Assembly: GCA_050298055.1 (NCBI GenBank)
Contig: JBNKTL010000009.1
Span: 53,037-117,036, forward strand
Reading direction: 5' to 3'
From: Spirochaetota bacterium
Lineage (GTDB): Bacteria > Spirochaetota > UBA4802 > UBA5550
Length of the DNA stretch: 64,000 nt
A model generated the notes under the pieces. That model saw only the letters and a program-made list of their open reading frames with translations. It searched no databases and was not told where the DNA came from. Positions 41,713-51,202 of this stretch are shown piece after piece (position 1 is the stretch's first letter; each line of letters begins with the position of its first letter). A program made the translations under genes and the position numbers.

Positions 41713-43098
41713 ATGAGAAAAATTTTGTTATTATTGCTGCTCCCCGGGTTTTTCATTTCTTCTGCCTTCTGTAACAGAGAACCCATATTATTGTACCAGG
41801 AGACACTGGACTCGGATATTGCGCAAATAGATGTATCATATATAATCTTTGCCGGAACCGATACCCGGAACAGCGTCACCAGGGACTTTACTCTCCTTAC
41901 AACCAGTGCCAGTAGTAATCCCATAACATGGACAAGCAGTGATGACAGCAGGGTGATGATTTCAGGTGACACAGCCACAGTCACACGGCCCCCATACGGC
42001 AGTGGAGACACTACCGTAATCCTGACAGCAACTGTCACCAGGGGAGGGGAGAGCGGAACCAAGACCTTTATTCTAACCGTTCTGGAGAAAGATCCCAAGG
42101 CGGGGGACAAGGTCACCTATACGGACGGCACTGTGAGCTTCAGGATGGCCTATGTTCCCGGAGGGATAACCTTCCCCTCCGGAAAACTGGCTACAGGTTG
42201 GACCATGGATGATGCGCATGCAACCGTTGATGATCCTTACCTGATCGCTGAGACAGAGGTGACTTATGAGCTCTGGTCTAAGGTTTACAACTGGGCAACC
42301 TCCAATGGCTATACCTTTGCTAATGCAGGCCGTCAGGGCGGAGATGCAGATAATTGCGCAGGCGCCGCGGTGGGAACCGACCAGCATCCCGTGACTTGCA
42401 TCAACTGGCGGGACGCCATGGTATGGGCCAATGCGCTTACAGAGTACTACAACTACATGAATAACACCTCACTGGAGCCAGTCTACTATTTTGATGCGGG
42501 GTATACTTCTCCTGTTCGGGACGTCGTGGATGATGATAGTCATACAACTGAGCTTGGGGGAGATTATACCTCTGCTGTTAATCCCAATCCCGGAGGCTTT
42601 GATGATCCCTATGTCAAGGCCACGGCCACCGGTTTTCGCCTGCCCACGGCAGTGGAGTGGGAGATGGCTGCCCGCTGGTTTGGTACCACTGCACCCGGCA
42701 CGGGAGGTGCCCTGGATAGCGAGTATGTGACCCTGGATCTTCGCGATGACGGGACCTCATCTCTTACCCCTAACTACTACTGGACACCGGGGGACTACGC
42801 AAGCGGCGCAACAGCCTATTATTACGATGATCCGGCTACCAGCAATGTGGCGGTCTGGTACTCAAGTCTTACCACTGCTCCCGTGAAAAGCAAGGCAGAC
42901 AATGCCCTGGGCATCTATGATATGAGCGGTAATGTGTGGGAGTGGAATTATAGCTGGTACTCAGTCGGGTCCACCCGCCAGGTGTATAGCGGCGCCTATT
43001 TTGACGGTTTGCTGTGGATGCAGGTGGGATACCGCAATGACATCAACCCCGATTATATATGTGAGGGATTTGGATTTCGCCTGACAAAAAATCCTTAA
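41713..43098 (+). CDS. Exported (lipo)protein with bacterial Ig-like domain and FGE-sulfatase (C-type lectin fold) domain
   Basis: Signal ending SAFC; ITWTSS..TVTRP..LTATVT; ETEVTY, FRLPTAVEWEMAAR, YDMSGNVWEW, GFRL. Confidence 0.85.
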   Translation: MRKILLLLLLPGFFISSAFCNREPILLYQETLDSDIAQIDVSYIIFAGTDTRNSVTRDFTLLTTSASSNPITWTSSDDSRVMISGDTATVTRPPYGSGDTTVILTATVTRGGESGTKTFILTVLEKDPKAGDKVTYTDGTVSFRMAYVPGGITFPSGKLATGWTMDDAHATVDDPYLIAETEVTYELWSKVYNWATSNGYTFANAGRQGGDADNCAGAAVGTDQHPVTCINWRDAMVWANALTEYYNYMNNTSLEPVYYFDAGYTSPVRDVVDDDSHTTELGGDYTSAVNPNPGGFDDPYVKATATGFRLPTAVEWEMAARWFGTTAPGTGGALDSEYVTLDLRDDGTSSLTPNYYWTPGDYASGATAYYYDDPATSNVAVWYSSLTTAPVKSKADNALGIYDMSGNVWEWNYSWYSVGSTRQVYSGAYFDGLLWMQVGYRNDINPDYICEGFGFRLTKNP

Positions 43099-43254
43099 CC
43101 CCGGTCATAAGGAGAAGTTCGGGGCCCCTTTGCACTTTTCTACTTTTCTGCAGGTTTCCCCTTAATGTCTTTACATATGGTGCATGGCATATTTATCTGC
43201 ATCTATCCAGACCGATGAAGTTGTTTTGATGATTATTTTTCAGGATCGGTAAAT

Positions 43255-43881
43255 ATGTTCAATGACGATACGACATCAACGGCTTTTTCCCGTTTTCTCT
43301 TCCTTGCCCGAACCGATTTTCATTATCACACCTGGTTCAAAAAGAGATTTGCCCGGATAGACGTAAAACCCCAGGTCTGGGGGATATGGAATTTCTCCGT
43401 TCATGGCCCCAACATTGAACTGAGGGGCAGGGTGAAGATGTTTGCCGCTCCCGGGAGTAAAACCTATCTGACCACCATCAAGATGGGTGAACATGAAGGT
43501 GAGATACTTCTGGGGGACAATGTCCTGGTTATGAACGGTGTCCGGATAAGCAGCGCGTCCTCGATCACCATCGGGGACCACTGCATGCTGGCAAATTACT
43601 GCTACCTCATGGATGCCGACTGGCACGATATCTATGACAGGATGAAGCCCATCGGCAAAACGGCTCCCATTGTCCTGGAGAATAATGTATGGATCGGTGA
43701 TTCCGCCATAATCTGCAAGGGTGTTACCATCGGTGAAAATTCTGTCATCGGGGCAGGTTCCGTGGTTACCCGGAACATCCCTTCCAATGTGATCGCGGCG
43801 GGAAATCCGGCGCAGGTGGTCAGGGAGATCGATCCGGAGATGATACGGCTGCGTGGTCCCGGCGGCAGCAACCGCCCATGA
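43255..43881 (+). CDS. Hexapeptide-repeat acyltransferase
   Basis: NVWIGDSAIICKGVTIGENSVIGAGSVV..AGNPA. Confidence 0.9.
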   Translation: MFNDDTTSTAFSRFLFLARTDFHYHTWFKKRFARIDVKPQVWGIWNFSVHGPNIELRGRVKMFAAPGSKTYLTTIKMGEHEGEILLGDNVLVMNGVRISSASSITIGDHCMLANYCYLMDADWHDIYDRMKPIGKTAPIVLENNVWIGDSAIICKGVTIGENSVIGAGSVVTRNIPSNVIAAGNPAQVVREIDPEMIRLRGPGGSNRP

Positions 43882-45098
43882 ATATCTGCCTTGTCTCATA
43901 CCGGGGAAATCCCTATTCCGGGGGACAGGGGATCTACCTGAAGTATATTGCCGAAGGCCTTGCAAAGAAGGGGCATAATGTTCATGTTATGGTGGGTCCT
44001 CCCTACCCGGAAAAGATGAAGGGAGTAAAAACCCACAGAATAGAGAGCAAGAGCTACTATGGACGAGATACGGCAGAACTGATCAATCCTGCCGATCCCC
44101 TGGATATCTTCCACCCCCTGAACTTCTACCAGTACCTGCACACACGGCTGGGGGCCTTCTCGGAGATAAGCGCCTTTTCATACAGGGCGTATCTTCTCCT
44201 TAGAGAACTTCATTCCCGTAAGAGATTTGACCTTGTTCATGATAACCAGTCTCTCGGTTTCGGCCTACTGCTTATGAAAACCCTGGGGATCCCCGTTATA
44301 TCCACAATTCACCATCCACTCTCTGTAGACCTGCAAAATGTCATGAGCTGGCTGTCCGGTTTTAAGAAGAAGGTGAAGAGCATTATGTTTTATCCTCTTA
44401 TGATGCAGGGCTTTGTTTCTCGAAGACTGGACCATATCATCACTGTTTCCGAAAGCTCCCGGAAACGGATTACCCGGGATTTTGGCGTCAGGGAGGAGAG
44501 GCAGACGGTTGTCTATAACGGGATTGACAGAAGTATCTTCAGGCCGGAGAAGGGGATCAAAAGAGAGAATAACCGGGTTCTCTTTGTGGGAAATATTGAA
44601 GACAGGAACAAGGGAGGATTCAATCTGCTGAAAGCCCTTTCTCTTATGGATGAAAAGATCAGGCTGACAGTTGTGGACGGGGGAGCTCCCCACCGTAAGC
44701 TGACCACCCAGATACTTGAAAAACTGGGAATGTCTCACAGGGCAGATTTTGCGGGAAAAGTTGACAACAGGGAACTTGTGGGGATCTATTCCGCCGCGTC
44801 CCTTGCGGTTGTTCCCTCCGTATTTGAAGGATTTGGATTTCCCGCCGCCGAAGCCATGTCATGCGGAACCCCGCTCATTACCAGCGATGGCGGGGCCCTG
44901 CCGGAAGTGACGGGAGACGCGGGATTTGTTGTTCCTTCCGGAGATCATACTGCCCTGGCGGGGAAAATAGAAGAAGTTCTGGAAAATCCCGGTCTCAGGG
45001 AGAAGATGAGCAGGGAGGGAATAAAGAGGGTTAAGGAAAAATTCAGCTGGGAGAAGGCGGTGTCAGAGATTGTTGAGGTTTACAGGAAGGTTATTTAG
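43878..45098 (+). CDS. Glycosyltransferase family 4
   Basis: GGQGIY, VYNGID, PSVFEGFGFPAAEAMSCG. Confidence 0.9.
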   Translation: MNICLVSYRGNPYSGGQGIYLKYIAEGLAKKGHNVHVMVGPPYPEKMKGVKTHRIESKSYYGRDTAELINPADPLDIFHPLNFYQYLHTRLGAFSEISAFSYRAYLLLRELHSRKRFDLVHDNQSLGFGLLLMKTLGIPVISTIHHPLSVDLQNVMSWLSGFKKKVKSIMFYPLMMQGFVSRRLDHIITVSESSRKRITRDFGVREERQTVVYNGIDRSIFRPEKGIKRENNRVLFVGNIEDRNKGGFNLLKALSLMDEKIRLTVVDGGAPHRKLTTQILEKLGMSHRADFAGKVDNRELVGIYSAASLAVVPSVFEGFGFPAAEAMSCGTPLITSDGGALPEVTGDAGFVVPSGDHTALAGKIEEVLENPGLREKMSREGIKRVKEKFSWEKAVSEIVEVYRKVI

Positions 45099-45161
45099 TT
45101 TTATATTCTTTCCTGGAGTCACATGCTTCAGTAGTTACAAGTTACGAGTTAATGATCCTTC

Positions 45162-45254
45162 TGTCATCATGAGGAACGCAGTGACGTAATGATCTGTTTT
45201 AAATAACATATCAGTTGTTCAAATACAGATAGCCACGCTGCGCTCGTTATGACA
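45162..45254. repeat. 93-bp GTCAT...ATGAC palindromic element flanked by inverted heptamer repeats
   Basis: TGTCATCATGAGGAACGCAGTGACGTAATGATCTG ... CAGATAGCCACGCTGCGCTCGTTATGACA. Confidence 0.6.
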
Positions 45255-45355
45255 ATCCGTTACCTATGTCATGATTGCACCGGGCAACTTGAAACATGTA
45301 ACTCGGAACTCGAAACTATATTCTGAAAAGTCCCTGCTGTATATCAAATGTATCA

Positions 45356-46093
45356 TTAAAAAGGTATCATATACCCAAAGTTGAGATTTCTCCCCCTATC
45401 CCCCTTCCTGTGAGAGAAGAACTCCCTGTTGTTTATCACCGTGCATTTCCCTGAATTAAAAATATTTTCTTCCCTGATCCCGGTTTCAAGAAGGGAGGTC
45501 TCAATATGCTTCCAGAGATTAAGATAGATCTTTTGGGAAACAAGATTTGTAAATCCTGAAAAATTGTCGGCAACGTCATTCTTTACCTCGTAGGAATCCG
45601 GTCCGATGGAAGGGAGGATAAAGATGCTGATATTTCCCCTTTCTGACCCGTATTCACCGCACATCATTTCAACCATCCTTGATGTAATTTTAAGCATTGT
45701 TCCCTTCCAGCCGGAATGGGAAGCTCCCATTATACGGTTCACAGGGTCGTAAGCAAAAACTGGAACGCAGTCGGCGGTCCTGATCACAAGGGAGAGACCG
45801 GGGAGTCCGGTGATAATACCATCGGCTTTACCGTATGTTACAGAGTCTTTATCAGGATAGTTATCCACCCTGAGAACTCTGTCTCCGTGAACCTGGTCCA
45901 GGAAGACCTGCTTCTTCGAAGATATGCCGGTAATATTTTTTAACAGCTCCTTTTCATCTTTCCGTAAAACCTGAAGTTTATGTTCGTAGTCGATCCTGTT
46001 GATCTCCCTGCCGGCAACACCCAGGGTGATCCCCCGATGAGAAGAGCTTATCCGAAAATCGCCCAGTTGACTTTTTTTAAATTGTGATGTCAT
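45356..46093 (-). CDS. pgeF: PgeF/YfiH (DUF152) peptidoglycan editing factor / purine nucleoside phosphorylase
   Basis: QVHG, ADG, TADCVP, HSGWKG, PSIG, FFSHR; start moved to ATG 46093. Confidence 0.88.
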   Translation of the reverse strand: MTSQFKKSQLGDFRISSSHRGITLGVAGREINRIDYEHKLQVLRKDEKELLKNITGISSKKQVFLDQVHGDRVLRVDNYPDKDSVTYGKADGIITGLPGLSLVIRTADCVPVFAYDPVNRIMGASHSGWKGTMLKITSRMVEMMCGEYGSERGNISIFILPSIGPDSYEVKNDVADNFSGFTNLVSQKIYLNLWKHIETSLLETGIREENIFNSGKCTVINNREFFSHRKGDRGRNLNFGYMIPF

Positions 46094-46871
46094 AGCGCTT
46101 TCTTTTTTTGAAGCCTGATATTTTTCTGTAGCCGATCCGTTTGAGTTTAGCAAGGGCTTCATCCAGCATGAAATCAATATGTTCCGGTGAGTGGGAATCC
46201 GCGCTTATAGTGACGGGAACGTTATTGCGGAAAAGTATTCCAATGATATCATCGGAAGGATACATTTCACCCACGGGCTTCATGATGCCGGATGTGTTTA
46301 TTTCAACGGTGGTCCCTTTCCCAGAGAGTTTTTTTGCTATTCTCTCAATGACCGGTGAAAAATCGCTTTTTGCCCTGTGGCCGAATTTTTTTACGAGATC
46401 GAAGTGCGCGATAATATCAAACAACCCTGAGTCTGCCATGGATTCGATTATTGAATAGTATGATCTATAGACATCATCAATATTCCTCCGGGAAAACTCA
46501 TCGATAAAATCAGCATGGTCAAAAGGCCACTCACCGAGGAAGTGGCATGATCCCGTAAAAAAGTCCATTCTGTTATGAGAAAAGAGTTCCTGAGGGAAAG
46601 TATCCATAAGAGGGAAATCCACTTCAAATCCGAGCCTGATTTTAATCTCATCTTTATAGCGGTCCTGCCTTGCGGATATTTCATCAATATAAAAACCGAC
46701 CTCCTCCGGGTCCATTGAAATACCCTCTCTGAACCTGAGAGGAACCGGTGCATGATCGGAGAACCCGATCTCCTGAAGACCTTTTTCCCGCGCGGTGTTG
46801 ATATAGTCGTCAAGTGAACCGGTTGCATGACCGCACAGATATGTGTGGACGTGGTAGTTGACCTGCGCCAT
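46077..46871 (-). CDS. PHP-family histidinol-phosphatase (HisJ/HisK family)
   Basis: YHVHTYLCGHA, FSDHAP, GSCH, AHFDL, EINTSG, DSH. Confidence 0.85.
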   Translation of the reverse strand: MAQVNYHVHTYLCGHATGSLDDYINTAREKGLQEIGFSDHAPVPLRFREGISMDPEEVGFYIDEISARQDRYKDEIKIRLGFEVDFPLMDTFPQELFSHNRMDFFTGSCHFLGEWPFDHADFIDEFSRRNIDDVYRSYYSIIESMADSGLFDIIAHFDLVKKFGHRAKSDFSPVIERIAKKLSGKGTTVEINTSGIMKPVGEMYPSDDIIGILFRNNVPVTISADSHSPEHIDFMLDEALAKLKRIGYRKISGFKKRKRYDITI

Positions 46872-47563
46872 CAGTATCCGTGTCGTGAGTAGTAGAAAGA
46901 GATGTCATTGAGAAGATGAGATGTTGAACTGTCCAGTGTGGTTTTTTTTAAAAAGAACTTTTCTATGTCATCACCCTGTGAAAGACGGCTTTCACTTTTA
47001 TTGTAACCGGCTATCACTGAAAGAACATACCAGAGCGGAAAAATCCTTATCTCCCTCTTTTCTCCTTCACCTGAGGTAACAACGATCTGTTTGAAGTTGA
47101 AAAGCCTCTCCTTGTCGATAGCCACAAATTTATCTTTCATATCATCCCTGAGATCAGATATTGTATAATAGTATGGCTGAGTGAGATAGAGTACCAGGAT
47201 CTTTTTTTCCCATAGATAGAGGGATGAGAGTTCAATATTACCCACTTCAATATACCGCGGTCTCAGGACAATCTTTTCAACAAGGTTCAAATCATCCCTC
47301 TCAGGATAAAATGAGAGAAGAAACCTGATCTTGTCGGGATTCAGAATATGAGACCTGTTCCCGGGGTATGTAAGCTTGGGATAGATAATATCAACTGAAT
47401 TATTGTCAGTCTTGTATTTGTCCCTCTTGTAAAGATTATCGAACCTGCTCTTTAAAAGGGTGTCCAGGTCAGAAGAAATATCAAGGTCAATATTGTTTAT
47501 ATCGTTGCTGATATTCTCCTGGTTGAAATCACTATTCTGATAATATTCCCGGATATCAAACAT
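46871..47563 (-). CDS. Hypothetical protein
   Basis: 230-aa ORF abutting the PHP gene start. Confidence 0.6.
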   Translation of the reverse strand: MFDIREYYQNSDFNQENISNDINNIDLDISSDLDTLLKSRFDNLYKRDKYKTDNNSVDIIYPKLTYPGNRSHILNPDKIRFLLSFYPERDDLNLVEKIVLRPRYIEVGNIELSSLYLWEKKILVLYLTQPYYYTISDLRDDMKDKFVAIDKERLFNFKQIVVTSGEGEKREIRIFPLWYVLSVIAGYNKSESRLSQGDDIEKFFLKKTTLDSSTSHLLNDISFYYSRHGY

Positions 47564-47614
47564 GACTTTTTCTTACTTTACCGGAATTTTTTCCGGCATA
47601 TTAACGGGCATTTT

Positions 47615-47884
47615 TTATATGAAACCCATTGCTGTTCTTTTTCTGACCTCTTCCTTCCATTTGAGCATTCTTTCCCCTGTGCTCCCATCCATATCATTGG
47701 CAAGTTCTTTGAGCATATCGGCGATTGCCTTGATTTTATACTGGGTTTCCCTTCCAAAGCAGTGCATATATTCCTCTTCAAGTTCCAGTACAAGCTGTCC
47801 TATCTGCATTATTTTGAAGCTGAGTTCGGGAGAAATAGTCTGTTTCATTTCTGTTTTTGCAGTTTGTTTCATAGATATCTCCAA
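47615..47884 (-). CDS. Small hypothetical helical protein
   Basis: 89-aa ORF co-oriented with the downstream operon. Confidence 0.45.
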   Translation of the reverse strand: MEISMKQTAKTEMKQTISPELSFKIMQIGQLVLELEEEYMHCFGRETQYKIKAIADMLKELANDMDGSTGERMLKWKEEVRKRTAMGFI

Positions 47885-48020
47885 AAATCCTTTAAAAGCT
47901 GTTTTTATAATTACAGATACAATATATTGATTTGACGCAAAATTAGCAATAATATTTTGTCCCTGTTCCGGCTATATGAATAAAATTAATAAAATAGAGT
48001 CATTCCGAATTATTGGAAAA

Positions 48021-48084
48021 ACCCCTAACTTCCCCAGAGGGGGACTTTTTCAGGCAAAAGTGAACCTCCGGGGGATTTGGGGCT
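48021..48084. repeat. REP-like CCCCTAA..GGGGGACTTT doublet (degenerate)
   Basis: ACCCCTAACTTCCCCAGAGGGGGACTTTT ... AAAAGTGAACCTCCGGGGGATTTGGGGCT. Confidence 0.55.
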
Positions 48085-48170
48085 CTCTTACTGTAGATTT
48101 TCGGGGAGTAATGAGCTTGTAAGTCTCAAAAAAATAAATGTTCCATCCTGAAAAACAGGGTAATATTTAA

Positions 48171-48722
48171 TTAACTTTCAAAAGAGTGTCTGAAAAGTTC
48201 TTCGATGGCTGTTTTTCCCTCCTCTGTGAGGTTCCGTGTGCCGGTGCCTACAAAAGTCTCATGGACGATACGGGGAGTGCTTTCCACCCACTGGTTATCA
48301 CTCCATGAGTACCAGTTGTTCTTATCCTGATCAAAAACGCTCAGGGGGCGGTTGAATATCTTTGCCAGCTCAACGCCCCAGCCGGTGCCTCCCTTTACTG
48401 TACCATCGGGCTGTATCCATCCGATGGCAAACACCTGGTGGCCGTTATTCACCATGTGAAATATAGACTGTATCACATTCCTGATTTTCTCAACCTGGTG
48501 ATATCTTCGTCCCAGCTTCTTGGATACGATCTCCATACTCACGTCACCCTTCGCCAGTTCTTCGGAACTCAGGTTCACCGTGTTAACATTCCGTTCCATC
48601 TGGTGTCCCGTGAAGGTATAATTGACTTCCTTCACACCCCATTTTTCGGCCTGCCTGCCAAATTCGCTTTCTGCTCCCTTGTGTGCTCCGCTATAAAGTG
48701 TATAATTCATATTCTTGCTCAT
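48171..48722 (-). CDS. Conserved hypothetical protein, SLOG-superfamily-like
   Basis: LYSGAHKGAE, VFAIG, KGGTGWGVELAK, VFDQ, GTGTR motifs. Confidence 0.55.
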   Translation of the reverse strand: MSKNMNYTLYSGAHKGAESEFGRQAEKWGVKEVNYTFTGHQMERNVNTVNLSSEELAKGDVSMEIVSKKLGRRYHQVEKIRNVIQSIFHMVNNGHQVFAIGWIQPDGTVKGGTGWGVELAKIFNRPLSVFDQDKNNWYSWSDNQWVESTPRIVHETFVGTGTRNLTEEGKTAIEELFRHSFES

Positions 48723-48746
48723 TTTTATCTCTCAGTAATATAATTT

Positions 48747-48876
48747 GTTTTGCCTCAGCTCTATGATTATAATCAACCCTATTTACTAAAATATCAATGA
48801 TATGTCCCCGCCTCTTTCGGCGGAGACATATGAGATATCTTTTAAAAAATATGATTATACATAGCTGAGTATTTAC
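48747..48876. mobile_element. ~135-bp palindromic element, copy C (inverted relative to copy B, decayed core)
   Basis: Left arm is the reverse complement of the right arm of copy B; core TATGTCCCCGCC..GGCGGAGACATA; right end ACATAGCTGAGTATTTAC. Confidence 0.75.
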
Positions 48877-49021
48877 AATAGTTTAATTACCGGTTAACTA
48901 TTGCATGTTGATCTGTCAATACATATTGTTGATATTTTAGTAAATACGTAACGACTATAAGGATGAATTCCTGGAATATATTGGCATTAAAACACATCGC
49001 TTTTCATCTCACAACCTGCAT

Positions 49022-49050
49022 AAAGTCCCCCTTCGGGGGATTTAGGGGGT
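49022..49050. repeat. Single REP-like arm
   Basis: AAAGTCCCCCTTCGGGGGATTTAGGGGGT; reverse complement closely matches 48021-48048. Confidence 0.55.
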
Positions 49051-49108
49051 CTTCCCAACATTTTAGAATAAGTTTAATTTTTTTTTAAATCTGCCCGGGA
49101 TTAATGAA

Positions 49109-49134
49109 GAGGCATGATCATTTGATCATGCCTC
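49109..49134 (-). terminator. Hairpin downstream of glnK
   Basis: GAGGCATGATCA-TT-TGATCATGCCTC. Confidence 0.5.
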
Positions 49135-49182
49135 ACCTCTTGATTAACAGTTTTAATTGTTCTGTTTCATAAAGAAATAATA

Positions 49183-49524
49183 TCAGCCAATGGCTTCATT
49201 CCCTCTTTCACCGGTCCTGATTCTTACACAGTCTTTGAGGTCGAAGACGAAGATCTTTCCGTCACCGATCTGGCCTTCGCCGGCTCCCTTTGTGATTGCT
49301 TCGATGGTTTTTTCCAGGAACTCATCGTTTACGGCAATTTCCAATTTAATTTTTCTTAAAAGGTTTCCCGCCTCTTTGACTCCCCTGTATACCTCTGTTA
49401 CACCCTTCTGCCGTCCGCAGCCAATGGCATCAACGACTGTCATAAGGTGTACGTCATGCTTGTCCAGCTCAGCCTTAACATCGTCAAGTTTATGGGGCCT
49501 GATAACCGCTATTACATATTTCAT
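49183..49524 (-). CDS. glnK: P-II nitrogen regulatory protein
   Basis: [35 protein letters not shown]; downstream of amtB. Confidence 0.93.
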   Translation of the reverse strand: MKYVIAVIRPHKLDDVKAELDKHDVHLMTVVDAIGCGRQKGVTEVYRGVKEAGNLLRKIKLEIAVNDEFLEKTIEAITKGAGEGQIGDGKIFVFDLKDCVRIRTGERGNEAIG

Positions 49525-49569
49525 GGATTTCTTCTCCTTTACTAAAGTTTACTCCTGACAGGATGTAAA

Positions 49570-50805
49570 TTAATCAATCAGCGTGTATCCTGTTTCACGG
49601 TGCTGTGTAAGGTCGAGACCGATGTTCTCATCTCTTCTCTCAACCCGTATTCCTGTGACAAGATCAACGATTTTAAGAATGATGTATGTCCCCACTGCTG
49701 AAAAGACTATTGCCACAATAACCGTTAGTGCCTGTACTCCCAGCTGTCCGGGATCTCCGTAGAAGAGTCCGTCTGCGCCGTCCGGGTTTATCGTCTTTGT
49801 GGCAAAGAGACCTGTTGCGAGGGCTCCCACAATACCGCACATTCCATGTACACCGAACACATCAAGGGAATCGTCGTATCCGAATGAACCCTTAACCTTG
49901 CTGACAAAGATGAAACCAACGATGCTTGCCATGATTCCTATGATTATCGCGCCAATCGGCGTAACAAAACCGGCAGCAGGTGTAATTCCAACAAGCCCGC
50001 CGACTATCCCGGTAATGATACCGAGCACTGTGGGGACATCGTTGAACTTCCAGTCGAGGACCATCCATGTTAAACCGGCTGCGGCAGCTGCCGTATTGGT
50101 ATTAAGAAACGCGGAGACTGTAACTCCTCCAACGGAGAGAGCGCTTCCCGCGTTAAAACCGAACCATCCGAACCAGAGAAATCCCGCGCCAAGAACTGCC
50201 AGGGGCAGACTGTGGGGATGGGGAGCGTTGTGGTGTTCAAAATTATCCCTTTTCCCGATATAGAGTGCCATAACCAGCGCGGAAATCCCCGCGGTGATGT
50301 GAATGACTGTCCCGCCGGCAAAGTCCAGGGCGCCAAGTCCTGCAAGCCATCCGCCGTTGCCCCAGACCCAGTGTGCCATGGGATCATAAATAAGAGTCGA
50401 CCAGAGAACTGAAAAAAGCAGGAACCCGGAAAACTTTATCCTCTCCACAAATGCCCCGACAATAAGTGCAGGGGTAATAACGGCAAACATCATCTGGAAC
50501 ATCATAAAAAGCTGGTGAGGAATTGTTGAACCGTAACTTTTACTTGGATCAAGACCAACACCATTGAGAGCAAACCACTCCAGACCGCCAATAAGTCCTC
50601 CTTTGTCCGGGCCGAAGGCAAGTGAATATCCGAAAAGTACCCACTGAATTGATACAACACAGAGTATCGCGAAACACTGCATCAGGATAGAGAGTACGTT
50701 TTTCTTTCTCACCAGTCCTCCATAGAAGAATGCAAGAGCAGGTGTCATGACCATTACCAGGGCTGTTGCAACTATCATCCAGACTGTATCAGCATTATTA
50801 ATCAT
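49570..50805 (-). CDS. amtB: Ammonium transporter
   Basis: LAFFYGGLVR, FQMMFAVITPAL, DFAGGTVIH, WFGWFGFNAGS, DDSLDVFGVHG. Confidence 0.97.
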   Translation of the reverse strand: MINNADTVWMIVATALVMVMTPALAFFYGGLVRKKNVLSILMQCFAILCVVSIQWVLFGYSLAFGPDKGGLIGGLEWFALNGVGLDPSKSYGSTIPHQLFMMFQMMFAVITPALIVGAFVERIKFSGFLLFSVLWSTLIYDPMAHWVWGNGGWLAGLGALDFAGGTVIHITAGISALVMALYIGKRDNFEHHNAPHPHSLPLAVLGAGFLWFGWFGFNAGSALSVGGVTVSAFLNTNTAAAAAGLTWMVLDWKFNDVPTVLGIITGIVGGLVGITPAAGFVTPIGAIIIGIMASIVGFIFVSKVKGSFGYDDSLDVFGVHGMCGIVGALATGLFATKTINPDGADGLFYGDPGQLGVQALTVIVAIVFSAVGTYIILKIVDLVTGIRVERRDENIGLDLTQHRETGYTLID

Positions 50806-50835
50806 TGCTAACTCCTTATTTTTATGTAAAAGATG

Positions 50836-50970
50836 GTAACTACTTTGCTGTGTAGCTATAATATATGTTTAATAAAATAACAGCCATGTCCCCGCCGCCT
50901 TGGCGGCGGGGACAAATCAGTTATCTTTTATTTATTAACATATCTGTTTTATACACAGTTAAGTAATAAC
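50836..50970. mobile_element. ~135-bp palindromic element, copy D (just upstream of amtB)
   Basis: Ends GTAACTACTTTGCTGTGTA / TACACAGTTAAGTAATAAC; core TGTCCCCGCCGCC-TT-GGCGGCGGGGACA at 50887-50914. Confidence 0.75.
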
Positions 50971-51075
50971 AAAAAGATGAAAAATTGTTTTCTAATCTGA
51001 TATTTGAAACTAAAATGAAGTTTATTACAAATATGTCAAAGCAAACGAATTGAAAAACTTACATTGCTGTGTAAT

Positions 51076-51115
51076 TTAACCTGAGCGTAACATTGATGTA
51101 ACATGGATGTAACAT
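51076..51115 (-). promoter_or_regulatory. 11-bp-period direct repeats upstream of amtB-glnK
   Basis: GTAACAT at 51087, 51098, 51109 and degenerate TTAACCT at 51076. Confidence 0.6.
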
Positions 51116-51202
51116 AAGAGGAGTGATAAAAAATCTTTTTACAAAATTGGGACAAAGAGAAATTTTTTTACAAAAATGTATGATTTTTTTAACAGTTGTT
51201 GT

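Noticed and set aside
11167..43098. A complete DGR in this window, or the two FGE 3' ends as a TR/VR pair
   Set aside because: No reverse transcriptase or avd gene; the two ends differ at many non-A positions and both are coding
19783..50970. The GC hairpin repeats as a CRISPR array or simple terminators
   Set aside because: Copies are kilobases apart with no spacers or cas genes; they lack U-tracts and sit inside longer conserved arms and TIRs
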